NCBI GenBank assembly: GCA_963704165.1
Contig: CAVPHD010000003.1
Coordinates: 32,001-96,000 of the forward strand
Reading direction: 5' to 3'
Origin: an uncultured delta proteobacterium
GTDB taxonomy: Bacteria > Myxococcota_A > UBA9160 > SZUA-336
Length of the DNA stretch: 64,000 nt
Part shown: in pieces, positions 47,034-56,140 of the stretch
How positions within the stretch are numbered: position 1 is the first letter of the stretch
Layout of the letters: the number at the start of each line of letters is the position of its first letter
Notes under the pieces: generated by a model
Databases searched by the model: none
What the model saw: the letters and a program-made list of their open reading frames with translations, nothing else
What the model was told of the DNA's origin: nothing
Made by a program: the position numbers and the translations under genes

Positions 47034-47896
47034 GCGTGGCCCTGCCCGCGGATCAGCTCCGCAATTGCGCCCGCCTGCATCATCAGCTCTTCGAGCTGAT
47101 CGAGCGGGAACTGACTGGCTGCGTCGCACAGGGCCTCGGCCGGATTCGGATGTGTTTCCAGAAAGACTCCATTCGCGCCGGCCGCGACGGCGGAGCGCAG
47201 TAGCACGGGGATGAACTCGCGAGGTGCACCGCCCGCAGGATCGGTGCTGGGAATTCCGTAGCGGCGAACCTGATGACCGGCATCGAAGACGACCGGGTAA
47301 CCGATCTCCTTCATCACCGGGATCGCGGTCATGTCGGCGACGAGATTGTGATAACCGAACTGCGCTCCCCGCTCCGTGATCATGATGCGATGGCTGCCCG
47401 TTCGCTCGATCTTGCCGACCGGGTGCTTCATCGAGCCCGGCGCCATGAACTGACCCTTCTTGATGTTGACCGGTTTTCCGGTCTTCCCGGCGGCGACCAG
47501 GAGCGTCGTCTGCTGGCACAGAAACGCGGGGATCTGGATCACGTCGAGAACCTCACGGGCCGCCGCGAGCTCCTCGACGCTGTGCACGTCGGAGAGGACG
47601 GGGAGCTCGAACTCCTTCCGGATCCACGCCAGGGTTTCGAGCCCCTCCTCGAGCCCCGGGCCCTGATAGGAGAATTCGTCGCTGCGGTTGTCCTTGAGAT
47701 AGGACGACTTGAAGATCAACGGAACGCGGAGCTTCTCGGAGAGCTTCTTCAGCCGCTCGGCGGTCATCGCCATCAGCGACTGCTTCTCGATCACGCAGGG
47801 CCCGCAGATCCACGCGAGCGGCAAGCCGTCCCCGAGTCGAACCGTTCCGGAGACGGAGTCGCCGACCTCGACGATGTGCATGGGCTTCAAGGACAC
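47030..47896 (-). CDS. kdsA: KDO8P synthase (metal-dependent class, variant motifs)
   Basis: GPCVIE, QIPAFLCQQT, NIKKGQF, ERG..FGY.NLV.DM, FLETHP, CD. Confidence 0.88.
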   Translation of the reverse strand: MSLKPMHIVEVGDSVSGTVRLGDGLPLAWICGPCVIEKQSLMAMTAERLKKLSEKLRVPLIFKSSYLKDNRSDEFSYQGPGLEEGLETLAWIRKEFELPVLSDVHSVEELAAAREVLDVIQIPAFLCQQTTLLVAAGKTGKPVNIKKGQFMAPGSMKHPVGKIERTGSHRIMITERGAQFGYHNLVADMTAIPVMKEIGYPVVFDAGHQVRRYGIPSTDPAGGAPREFIPVLLRSAVAAGANGVFLETHPNPAEALCDAASQFPLDQLEELMMQAGAIAELIRGQGHA

Positions 47897-47980
47897 TCCT
47901 CAGGGGGTCGGTTCGAGGATACGCCCGCCCCCGTGCGCACGCCAGACAGGCGTGCCGCAGGGCACGGCTCGGGTGCGGCT

Positions 47981-49043
47981 TCAGGAGATCTGCGCGAGGA
48001 CCGCGGGCTTCAGGATCTTTTCGCTGCCCTCGACGCGGAAGACCTCGTCCACGCCTAGCTCCGCCCATGGGATCGGCGAGCCGTCCGCCCGCTCCACGAC
48101 ACAGCCGGCGTCGCGGATCATGCGGTAGGTGTCGACGGCGGATTTGCCCGCGGGTCGTGAGATAGCCCTCGACGAAGAGGGAGTTCGCGGGCCAGAGCGC
48201 GAGCGCCTCGAGCGAGCGCAGGTGCCCCTCGCGGCCCGCGCCGACCCGGACCTCGGCGCTCGGATTGGCGAGCCGCATCATCGCGAGCACGCGCAACGCG
48301 CGCTCGGGCGTGAGCGAGCCGTCGGACTGGACGGGGTTGCCCTCGATCGGCAGCAGGAAGTTGACCGGGATCGAGGGAACTTCGAGCGCGCGCAGCTCGA
48401 GCGCGACCGCGATCACGTCCTCGTCCTGCTCACCCATGCCGACGATCAACCCGCTGCACGCCTCGAGTCCCGCCGCGCGCGCGGCGCGCAGCGTCTGCAG
48501 CCGGTCGGCGTAGGTGTGCGTCGTGCAGATCTCGGGGTAGTGGCTCTCGCTCGTGTTGAGGTTGTGGTTGAACCGATCGACGCCCGCCTGTTTCAGTCGC
48601 CGCGCCTTGGCTTCGTCGAGCAGCCCGACGGAGACGCAGATGTTCACCGGAACTTCGGACTTGATCGCCTCGACGACGTCGACGAGGAAATCGATCTGCC
48701 GATCGGCCGGTCCCCGGCCACTCGCGACCATGCAATACCGGTACGCGCCGCACGCGTACGCGCTCTTCGCTTCGTCGACGAGCTCCGTCTTCGACTTCCA
48801 CGGATACGGGCGCAGAGGCGCATCCGTGACCGCGGATTGCGAGCAGTAGCCGCAGTCCTCGGGACAGCGCGCGTTCTGCGCGTTGTTCAGGATGTGCACC
48901 TTGACGCGGTTTCCGAAGAACCGTTCGCGAACGATCCGCGCCTCGTGCAGGAGCGGAAGCAGCGGAAACTCCGGACCGAGGATGCGAAGCAGCTCGGATC
49001 TGGAGAGCGGGGGACCGTCGAGCGCGCGTCGGGCGAGTTCCAT
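47981..49043 (-). CDS. bioB: Biotin synthase (frameshift near 48150)
   Basis: CPEDCGYCSQS, FNHNLNTS, CSGLIVGMGE, SIPVNFL, ANSLF. Confidence 0.93.
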
Positions 49044-49089
49044 CTCGGCGCGCAGGATACCGCAAGCGGATCGCTCTTTGTCGCCGGAG

Positions 49090-50142
49090 CTAGGCTCCGA
49101 CGCGTTCGAGCACGAACCGCGCGAGCGCTTCGGAGCTCGCCGGATCGACCTCTTCCTCGAGCACCCAGAGCTCACGCGCCTCGGGCCAGGCCGTGTCGAG
49201 CTTCACCGCGTCCTTCGACGTCGTGAGCCAGCGAAGGGCCGGGTCGAGAGCCGCGAGGTCGGAGCGGTCGTAGGCGTGGTGGTCCCGGAAGACGCGGCGA
49301 GCGGCGACCTCCGCGCCGAGATCGGCGAGCTCACGGGCGAGGCGATCGGGACGCGCGATCGCAGCCAAGATGCCGACGCGCGTGCCCCGCAGGCCTTCGA
49401 TCGGCTCGCGCGCGCCGCCCGCGAGTCGTCGGACCCCGAGCTTGCGAACTTCGACGCGGAACCGCGGCACGTTCGCTGGCAGTCGCGCGGTACCGGGCGG
49501 TGCGGGATCGCCGGGTGACGCACGCGTGAACAACAACGCGTGCGCGCGGGAGAGCGCCGAGACGGGTTCCCGCAGCGGTCCGCGCGGCAGGATGTGCCCG
49601 TTCCCGAGGCCGAGCCGCGCGTCGAGACAGACCAGATCCAGATCGCGCGCGAGTCGGTGATGCTGGAAACCGTCGTCGAGCACGAGCACCCGGGCGCCGA
49701 AGGCCGAAATCGCGTGACGGCCCAGCTCGGCCCGGTGCACGCCCGAAAGCACGGGAACGCCGGGAGCGCTCGAGGCCAGCAGGACCGGCTCGTCGCCCGC
49801 CTCGGCCGCACCGAGCAGGATGCGTTCCCCGTCGGAGACGACGTTCGTCTGCCCGGTGCGGCTCCCTCCGACACCGCGCGCGAGCAAGGCGACACGCACG
49901 CCGCGCGCGTGCAGCGTACGCGCCAGGAATGCGGCCACCGGCGTCTTCGCGGAGCCGCCAACCGCGAGATTTCCGACCGAGACCACGTGCGCGTCGAGCC
50001 GCACCCGCGCGCGAAAGCCCGCTTCGTACGCACGTCGGTGTAGCCATGCCCCGGCCGCGTAGGGGATTTCCGCGAGCCGAAGCGGTGCGAGCAGCAATCG
50101 GCGCCCGAGCGTCTCGTGACTCTGCCAGAGCAGCGCGGGCAC
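49090..50142 (-). CDS. lpxK: Tetraacyldisaccharide 4'-kinase
   Basis: SVGNLAVGGSAKTP, GDEP, LDDGFQH, LPRGPLRE, DHH, TTSKDAVK. Confidence 0.93.
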   Translation of the reverse strand: MPALLWQSHETLGRRLLLAPLRLAEIPYAAGAWLHRRAYEAGFRARVRLDAHVVSVGNLAVGGSAKTPVAAFLARTLHARGVRVALLARGVGGSRTGQTNVVSDGERILLGAAEAGDEPVLLASSAPGVPVLSGVHRAELGRHAISAFGARVLVLDDGFQHHRLARDLDLVCLDARLGLGNGHILPRGPLREPVSALSRAHALLFTRASPGDPAPPGTARLPANVPRFRVEVRKLGVRRLAGGAREPIEGLRGTRVGILAAIARPDRLARELADLGAEVAARRVFRDHHAYDRSDLAALDPALRWLTTSKDAVKLDTAWPEARELWVLEEEVDPASSEALARFVLERVGA

Positions 50143-50143
50143 G

Positions 50144-51377
50144 TCAGCCCCGCGCCGCGAGCACGAGCTCGAGCGTCTTCTCGGTCGCGCCCCGGTGAGC
50201 GTCGATTCGCTTCGCGGCCTCGCGCGCGGGCGCATTGCGGTCGGGATCGTCCCAGAGCTCCAGGAGCACACGCGTGAGTCCCGCCGCGTTCTCGATCCGG
50301 TGGAGCACACCGAGCGGAGCGAGCAGCCCCTCCTGCGTGCGCTGATTCTCGGTATGGGGTCCGTGCACGACGACCCGCCCCGCCTGCACAGGCTCTACCA
50401 AGTTGTGTCCGCCGACGTGCGCGAGCGTGCCGCCGACGAAGACGAGATCGGCGAGCCCGTACAGGTTCGCGAGCTCGCCGACGCTGTCCACGACGACGAC
50501 TTCGGCGTCGGACGCGCCCTGCGAGCGCAGCCCCGCATGCGCGCCGTTCCGGCGCGCCGACTTGGCGACATCGGAGGCGCGTTCGGGATGGCGCGGCGCG
50601 AGCACCAGCCGCAGCGTCGGCGCACGCGCGGCGCGAAGTTTTCGCCATGCTTCGAGCAGCGCCTCTTCCTCACCCGGATGCGTGCTCCCACCGACGAGAA
50701 ATGGCCCGGCGCCGAGCGCATCGACGAGATCTTGTGACGGCTCGGACGGAGCGCCCCGATCGAGCTTCAGGTCGCCGACCACCGAGCAGCCCGACGCGCT
50801 CGCCCCGAGTGCGACGAAGCGCTCGAGATCGAGCGGGCTCCGGGTGCCGATCCGGTGCACGCGCGCAAGCAGCGGCGAGAAGAAGCCGCGCAAGCAGCTG
50901 ATACCGCGGATAGCTGCGGTCCGAAATCCGCGCCCCCGCCATGATCACGCGCGTCCCGCGCTTCTCGGCCGCGTGGATCAGGATCGGCCAGATCTCGGTC
51001 TCGACGAGAACCACGACCGCGACGCGTGCGCGCGAGAGCGAGAGCTGGATCAGACCCGGCACATCGAGCGGCATCAGCCGCGTCCGGACGCGCGGCAGAC
51101 GCGCGCGCAGTCGTCCACGTCCGTTCAGCGTCAGCGCGGTGGCGATCACGGGCACGCCGCGCTCCGCGAGCGCGGCGACGAGCGGCGCCGCGGCCTCCGC
51201 CTCCCCCACGCTCGCCGCGTGCACCCAGACGGTGCCCTCGGGCATGCGCGAGAGCGGGCGCAGACGCTCGAGGACCGACGCGCGGGGACCGAACAGGCCG
51301 ATCGCCCAGGCGAGGAATAGCAGCGGCGATGCGATCCCGATCGCGAGCAGAAGCAGCACGTGGTAGGCGTAGATCAC
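50144..51377 (-). CDS. waaA: Kdo transferase (frameshift near 50893)
   Basis: WVHAASVGE, ETEIWP, GDLK.D, GSTHPGEE, PRHPER, GGHNLVEP. Confidence 0.93.
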
Positions 51378-52504
51378 GCGCGCCCCGCTACCTCGAGCGC
51401 GAGATCCGCGACGCGGTCCGCCGCTCCCGGCGTCCCGAGCGTCGCGATCGCGGCCGCGAGATCGGCACGCATCTCGGCGCGCGCGGCCGGATCTCGGATC
51501 AACCGCGCGACCAGTGCCGCGAGCGCCGCCGGGCGCGCGTTCATCTGGATCCGCTCCGGCACGATGCCCGCGCCGGCGATCAGGTTCACCATGCAGCTCG
51601 AAGGCACGCGCGCGATCCGGCGCGCGAGCTCGAAGGTCAGCGGGCTCGTCACGTGCGCGACCACCAGCGGAATGCCGAGAATCGCCGCCTCGACGGTGGC
51701 CGTTCCGGCCGCGCTGATCAGACAGGTCGAGACGGCCATCGCGTCGTGCGAGCGGCCACTGACGACGCGCACCCAGTCGGGCACTTCGAAGTCCGCCGCG
51801 TCGAGCGTCGAGGCGACGATCAGCTGGATCTGCAGCTCCGGAAGCGAGGCGTGAAGCAGCTTCGCGGCCTCGCGCAGAACCGGCCAGTTCCGTTCCACTT
51901 CGTTGTGTCGGCTGCCGGGCAGGAGTCCGAGGACCGGCTTCGAAGGATCGAGTCCGAGCTCACGCGCGAGCTCTTCGCGGCCCAGGCCGCCTGCGAGATC
52001 CGCGAGCCGGTCGATCAGGGGATGCCCGACGAAGCGCGCGTTCACGCCCGCCGCGCGCAGGATCGCCTCCTCGAACGGGAAGATCACCGCGACCGCGTCG
52101 GTGCGGCGGGCGAGCTTGCGCACGCGCCCGGGACGCCAGGCCCAGACCTGCGGCGCGACGTAGTAGAGCACCGGAACGCCGCTTCGCTTCGCGACCGAAG
52201 CGAGCGGGAGGTTCAAGTCCGGCGAGTCGACGAAGATCGCGAGATCCGGTCGCGGATCCTCCGTGAGCGATCGACGCAGACGCGTGTAGGCCCCGAGCAG
52301 ACGTGGCACGCTGCCGAGAACCTCGACGAGCCCCGCGATCGCAAGCTCCGATTGGGGCACGATCGGCGTGAACCCGACGGCCGCGAGCGCCTTGCCGCCG
52401 AGGCCGAAGATCTCGAGATCGAGCGCGCGCTTGCGCAGCGCCTCGACGAGCGCCGCCGCGTGCATGTCGCCGGATGCATCGGCGGTCGACAGGAAGATCC
52501 TCAA
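51374..52504 (-). CDS. lpxB: Lipid A disaccharide synthase
   Basis: ASGD, DSPDLN, YVAPQVWAWRPGR, IFPFE, FVGHP, LLPGSR. Confidence 0.94.
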   Translation of the reverse strand: MRIFLSTADASGDMHAAALVEALRKRALDLEIFGLGGKALAAVGFTPIVPQSELAIAGLVEVLGSVPRLLGAYTRLRRSLTEDPRPDLAIFVDSPDLNLPLASVAKRSGVPVLYYVAPQVWAWRPGRVRKLARRTDAVAVIFPFEEAILRAAGVNARFVGHPLIDRLADLAGGLGREELARELGLDPSKPVLGLLPGSRHNEVERNWPVLREAAKLLHASLPELQIQLIVASTLDAADFEVPDWVRVVSGRSHDAMAVSTCLISAAGTATVEAAILGIPLVVAHVTSPLTFELARRIARVPSSCMVNLIAGAGIVPERIQMNARPAALAALVARLIRDPAARAEMRADLAAAIATLGTPGAADRVADLALEVAGRA

Positions 52505-53475
52505 CGCGGCACTCCGTCGGGCCCGACGTCGATCGGCTCGATCGCCTCCTGGATTCGGAGCGCGAGGTCGAGCGCGCGATAGCCGTGCTCGCCCGAGACC
52601 TCGGGCTCCGCGCGCGTGCGCACCGATTCCGCGAACGCGCGGTCCTGCGCGAGCAGCGCATCGGCCGCGTCGAGCTCGATCTTCTCGGCGGTGATGCGCG
52701 GCGGCTCTGCGCCGCCGGGCAGGCCCTGCCGCCGCACGATCGTGATCTTGTTCTCGCCGAGGTCGATCGAGACGTAAGCGTCGGACTGGAAGAGCCGGAC
52801 CTTGCGAAGTCGCTCGAGCGAGACGCGGCTCGCCGTCAGATTGACGACACAGCCGTTCGCGAGACGGAGCCGTGCGTTCGCAATGTCCTCGGTCTGCGAG
52901 AGCACCGAGACTCCGACCGCCTCGACGCGCTCGACCTCGTGCCCTGCGAGCTCCGCCACGATGTCGAGATCGTGGATCATGAGATCGAGCACGACCGACA
53001 CGTCGGTCGCGCGCGCAGGATAGGGCCCGATCCGGTGCGCCTCGATGAAACGCGGGCGCGTGAGCGCGGGTCGGACCGCGCGGAACGCCCGCGAGAAGCG
53101 CTCGATGTGCCCCACCTGCAGGATCCGGCCGCCCGCCTTCGCGCGCTCGACCAGGCTGCGCGCGTCCGAACGCGTGGTCGCGATCGGCTTCTCGACCAGC
53201 ACGTCGAGGCCGGCATCGAGCAAAAGACCCGCGACGCGCGCGTGCTCCACCGTCGGCACGGCCACGCACGCCGCGTCGGCTGCGGCCGCCACGCGTTCGA
53301 GGGACTCGAGCACCGGCACACCGTGCTTCCCGGCGATCTCACCTGCACGCGCGAGATCGACGTCGGCGACGCCGGCGAAGTCGAGAACGCCCTCGGACGC
53401 GAGCGAAGCGAGCTTCTCGGCGTGCAGCCGGCCCATGTATCCGACACCGACGACGGCGATGCGCGGTCGCGTCAC
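52501..53475 (-). CDS. Gfo/Idh/MocA oxidoreductase (GnnA-like)
   Basis: VVGVGYMG, VEKP, QVGHIERF, DLMIHD; lies between lpxI and lpxB. Confidence 0.8.
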   Translation of the reverse strand: MTRPRIAVVGVGYMGRLHAEKLASLASEGVLDFAGVADVDLARAGEIAGKHGVPVLESLERVAAAADAACVAVPTVEHARVAGLLLDAGLDVLVEKPIATTRSDARSLVERAKAGGRILQVGHIERFSRAFRAVRPALTRPRFIEAHRIGPYPARATDVSVVLDLMIHDLDIVAELAGHEVERVEAVGVSVLSQTEDIANARLRLANGCVVNLTASRVSLERLRKVRLFQSDAYVSIDLGENKITIVRRQGLPGGAEPPRITAEKIELDAADALLAQDRAFAESVRTRAEPEVSGEHGYRALDLALRIQEAIEPIDVGPDGVPR

Positions 53476-54302
53476 GACGATTCCGGCTCGAGACCGACGA
53501 TGGTGATCGACGCGGCCTCGGCCTGCGCGAGCGTTCGCGGCTGTTCGAGCACGAGCGTTCGACCGCTCTCGAGCCCGATCGCGCGAAGCCGGCACTCGCG
53601 CGCGATCTCGATCGTCCCGGGTCCGATCACCGGCACGTCGAAGCGCATGTCCTGCTTCGGCTTCGCGGCTTTCACGAGCACCGCTCCGGAGCCGAACTCC
53701 GCGCCGCGGCGAAGCATGCGGTCGGTGCCCTCGAGCGCCTCGACCGCCAGCACCGTTCCCTGCCGGACCAGGCAGGCCTGCCCAACGTCGTGGACGCCCA
53801 GGCTTCGCACCACCTGCATGCCGAGCGTGAGGTCCGCGCGAAGCGCGTCGTCGATCTCTCCGCCGCAGAGCACGCCCGGGCGCACCATGCGCTTCTCGAG
53901 GTAGCGCGTCGATTCGACGACGGAGAGGCCCTCCGACTCGAGCTCGCCCGCGACCGCGCGCAGGATCGCATCGTCGCCCTTCGCGGCGAGGCTCGCGAGC
54001 AAGGCGAGCGCGCGCGTGTCGGGGCGCAGGCGACTGGGATCACGCAGGATCGCGGCCTTGCTGACCGCGCCCGCCAGGATCACCTCGCGCGCGCCCACGT
54101 CTCGAAAGAACTCGATCAGCGCGCCGAGCTGCCCCGCGTTCAGCCAGCGGAACGGACCGTCGGCCTCGCGCTCGATTTCGGGATCGGTGTTGTCTTCGAT
54201 CGCCGCGATCGCGACGCGGAGCCCGTGCTCGCGCGCGGCCTGGGCGACCTCGAACGGCAGCGGCCCGCTGCCCGCGATCAGTCCGAGCACCGGCTTCGTC
54301 AC
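53472..54302 (-). CDS. lpxI: UDP-2,3-diacylglucosamine pyrophosphatase
   Basis: GLIAGSGPLP, GDD, DVGQ, AVEALEGTD, KPKQDMRFDVPVIG. Confidence 0.92.
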   Translation of the reverse strand: MTKPVLGLIAGSGPLPFEVAQAAREHGLRVAIAAIEDNTDPEIEREADGPFRWLNAGQLGALIEFFRDVGAREVILAGAVSKAAILRDPSRLRPDTRALALLASLAAKGDDAILRAVAGELESEGLSVVESTRYLEKRMVRPGVLCGGEIDDALRADLTLGMQVVRSLGVHDVGQACLVRQGTVLAVEALEGTDRMLRRGAEFGSGAVLVKAAKPKQDMRFDVPVIGPGTIEIARECRLRAIGLESGRTLVLEQPRTLAQAEAASITIVGLEPESS

Positions 54303-54306
54303 GCGC

Positions 54307-55089
54307 CTAGCGCCGTCGAGCGAAGCCGCGCTCCGACTTCTCCAGGAAGGCGACCATGCGCTCGGCCTCGGAGGAGTCGGGAAGCTCGGCGCGCACCTTC
54401 GCGAACGCATCGCGCGCCTGAAGCCCGTCGCGGAAGATGATCCGGAATGCACGCTCGACCGCGTCGATGCGCTCCTTCGCGAAACCCCGTCGCTCGAGAT
54501 TGATGCGGTTCATCTTCACGATTCGGGCGGGATAGCCGTTCGCGAGCGTGAACGGCGCGGCGTCCTGCATCAGGCCCGACATCCCGCCCACCATCACGGA
54601 TTCCCCGACGCGCACGAACTGCTGCACTGCGACGCCGCCCGCGAGATACGCGTAGTCCTCGACGATCACGTGGCCCGCGAGCATGACGTTGTTGGCCATG
54701 ATCACGTGACTTCCGACGTTGCAGTCGTGGCCGACGTGCACGTTCACGAGCAAGAGATTGTCGTCTCCGATGCGGGTCGTGCCCCCGCCGGCCGCCGTGC
54801 CGGGATGGATCGACACCTGCTCGCGAATCACGTTGCGCGCGCCGATCGTGAGCCGGGTGGGTTCGCCCTTGTACTTCACGTCCTGCGGGATCTCGCCCAC
54901 CGTCGAGAACGGGAAGATCACCGAGCCCGCGCCGACCTCCGTGTGCCCGGCCACCACGGCATGCGAACGCAGGCTCACGCCCTCTCCGAGAATCACGTGC
55001 GGGCCCACCACGCAGAACGGGCCGATCTCGACGCCCTCGCCGAGCTCGGCACCGGCCTCGACGATCGCGGTCGGGTGTATGCGTTTCAT
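54307..55089 (-). CDS. lpxA: UDP-GlcNAc O-acyltransferase
   Basis: IHPTAIV hexapeptide repeats, PQDVKY, HVGHDC, LAGHV. Confidence 0.95.
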   Translation of the reverse strand: MKRIHPTAIVEAGAELGEGVEIGPFCVVGPHVILGEGVSLRSHAVVAGHTEVGAGSVIFPFSTVGEIPQDVKYKGEPTRLTIGARNVIREQVSIHPGTAAGGGTTRIGDDNLLLVNVHVGHDCNVGSHVIMANNVMLAGHVIVEDYAYLAGGVAVQQFVRVGESVMVGGMSGLMQDAAPFTLANGYPARIVKMNRINLERRGFAKERIDAVERAFRIIFRDGLQARDAFAKVRAELPDSSEAERMVAFLEKSERGFARRR

Positions 55090-55544
55090 TCGCCCTCCTC
55101 CGCATCCCACTTCACGAATGCAGCCAGAAGAACCGCCTCGGCGACGGCCTCGTTGCCGACGGTCGCGGTGCCGGCGAAGCGCACCATCTTCGGTCGCACG
55201 CGAAGCGGACGGACCAGAAGCCGCAGGACGTCCCCGGGGACGACCTGGCGTCGGAAGCGCGTCTCGTCCACGCCGACGAGCACGGTCATCATTCCGACGT
55301 TCTCGGGAAGGGCGTTCATCGCCCAGATGCCCCCGGCTTGCGCCATCGCCTCGATGATCAGCACCCCGGGGAAGATCGGCTGATCGGGAAAGTGGCCGGT
55401 GAAGCACGGCTCGTTCGCCGAGATCAGCTTCTCGGCCAGTACGTGCTGCTCGGAGAGTTCGACCACCCGATCGATCATCAGCATCGGGAAGCGGTGCGGC
55501 AAGAGCTCGCGGATCCGCTCGATGCCCATCGGCACCTTGTCCAC
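55086..55544 (-). CDS. fabZ: 3-hydroxyacyl-ACP dehydratase
   Basis: LPHRFPMLMIDRV, FTGHFP...FPGVLIIEAMAQ, VVPGD. Confidence 0.95.
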   Translation of the reverse strand: MDKVPMGIERIRELLPHRFPMLMIDRVVELSEQHVLAEKLISANEPCFTGHFPDQPIFPGVLIIEAMAQAGGIWAMNALPENVGMMTVLVGVDETRFRRQVVPGDVLRLLVRPLRVRPKMVRFAGTATVGNEAVAEAVLLAAFVKWDAEEGE

Positions 55545-55545
55545 G

Positions 55546-56070
55546 TCAGTTCTCGTTCAGCCGCTTGATCACGAGGTCGGTGATGTCGAGCGATTCCGGC
55601 GAATACAGCACGCCGGGCGTCGAGCGGTCGAGCACGAGATCGAAACCCTTCGACTTGCCGATCTCCTTGACGGCCTCTTCGAGCTTCTTCGCGAGCGGCG
55701 CGAGGAGCTTGCGGTTCTGCACCGCCAGCTCGTCCTTCGCGGCCTGGAAGTCGCGCTCGAGATCGCGCTGACAGCTCTGGAACTCGATCATCCGCTCCTG
55801 GATCACGTCGTCCGCGAGCACGAAGCGCTGCGCTTCGATCTCCTCCTGCAGCTTCTTGCAGCGGCTCGAGCGCGGCTCGAGCTCCTTCTTCTTCTTCTCC
55901 TCAAGCTGCGTCAGCGCGGTTTCGGCGGCCTTGCCCCCGTTGCTCGAGAGCAGCGCGCGGCGCTGATCCACGACCGCGAGCTTGAATTCCGCCGATGCCG
56001 CCAGCGCCGGAAGCAGGAAGCCGAGAGCGAGGCCGAGGGTCGTCCCGGCGCGAAGAATGCGGATCTGCAT
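55546..56070 (-). CDS. skp: OmpH/Skp periplasmic chaperone
   Basis: Signal peptide, KLAVVD, coiled coil, GFDLVLD...DITD.VI; follows bamA. Confidence 0.9.
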   Translation of the reverse strand: MQIRILRAGTTLGLALGFLLPALAASAEFKLAVVDQRRALLSSNGGKAAETALTQLEEKKKKELEPRSSRCKKLQEEIEAQRFVLADDVIQERMIEFQSCQRDLERDFQAAKDELAVQNRKLLAPLAKKLEEAVKEIGKSKGFDLVLDRSTPGVLYSPESLDITDLVIKRLNEN

Positions 56071-56140
56071 GAAACCTCCTTGATCGAGAGCTACACCGTG
56101 CCGTTTCGGCGCGGAGAGGGAAAGTCCGGACTCGAGCGCC

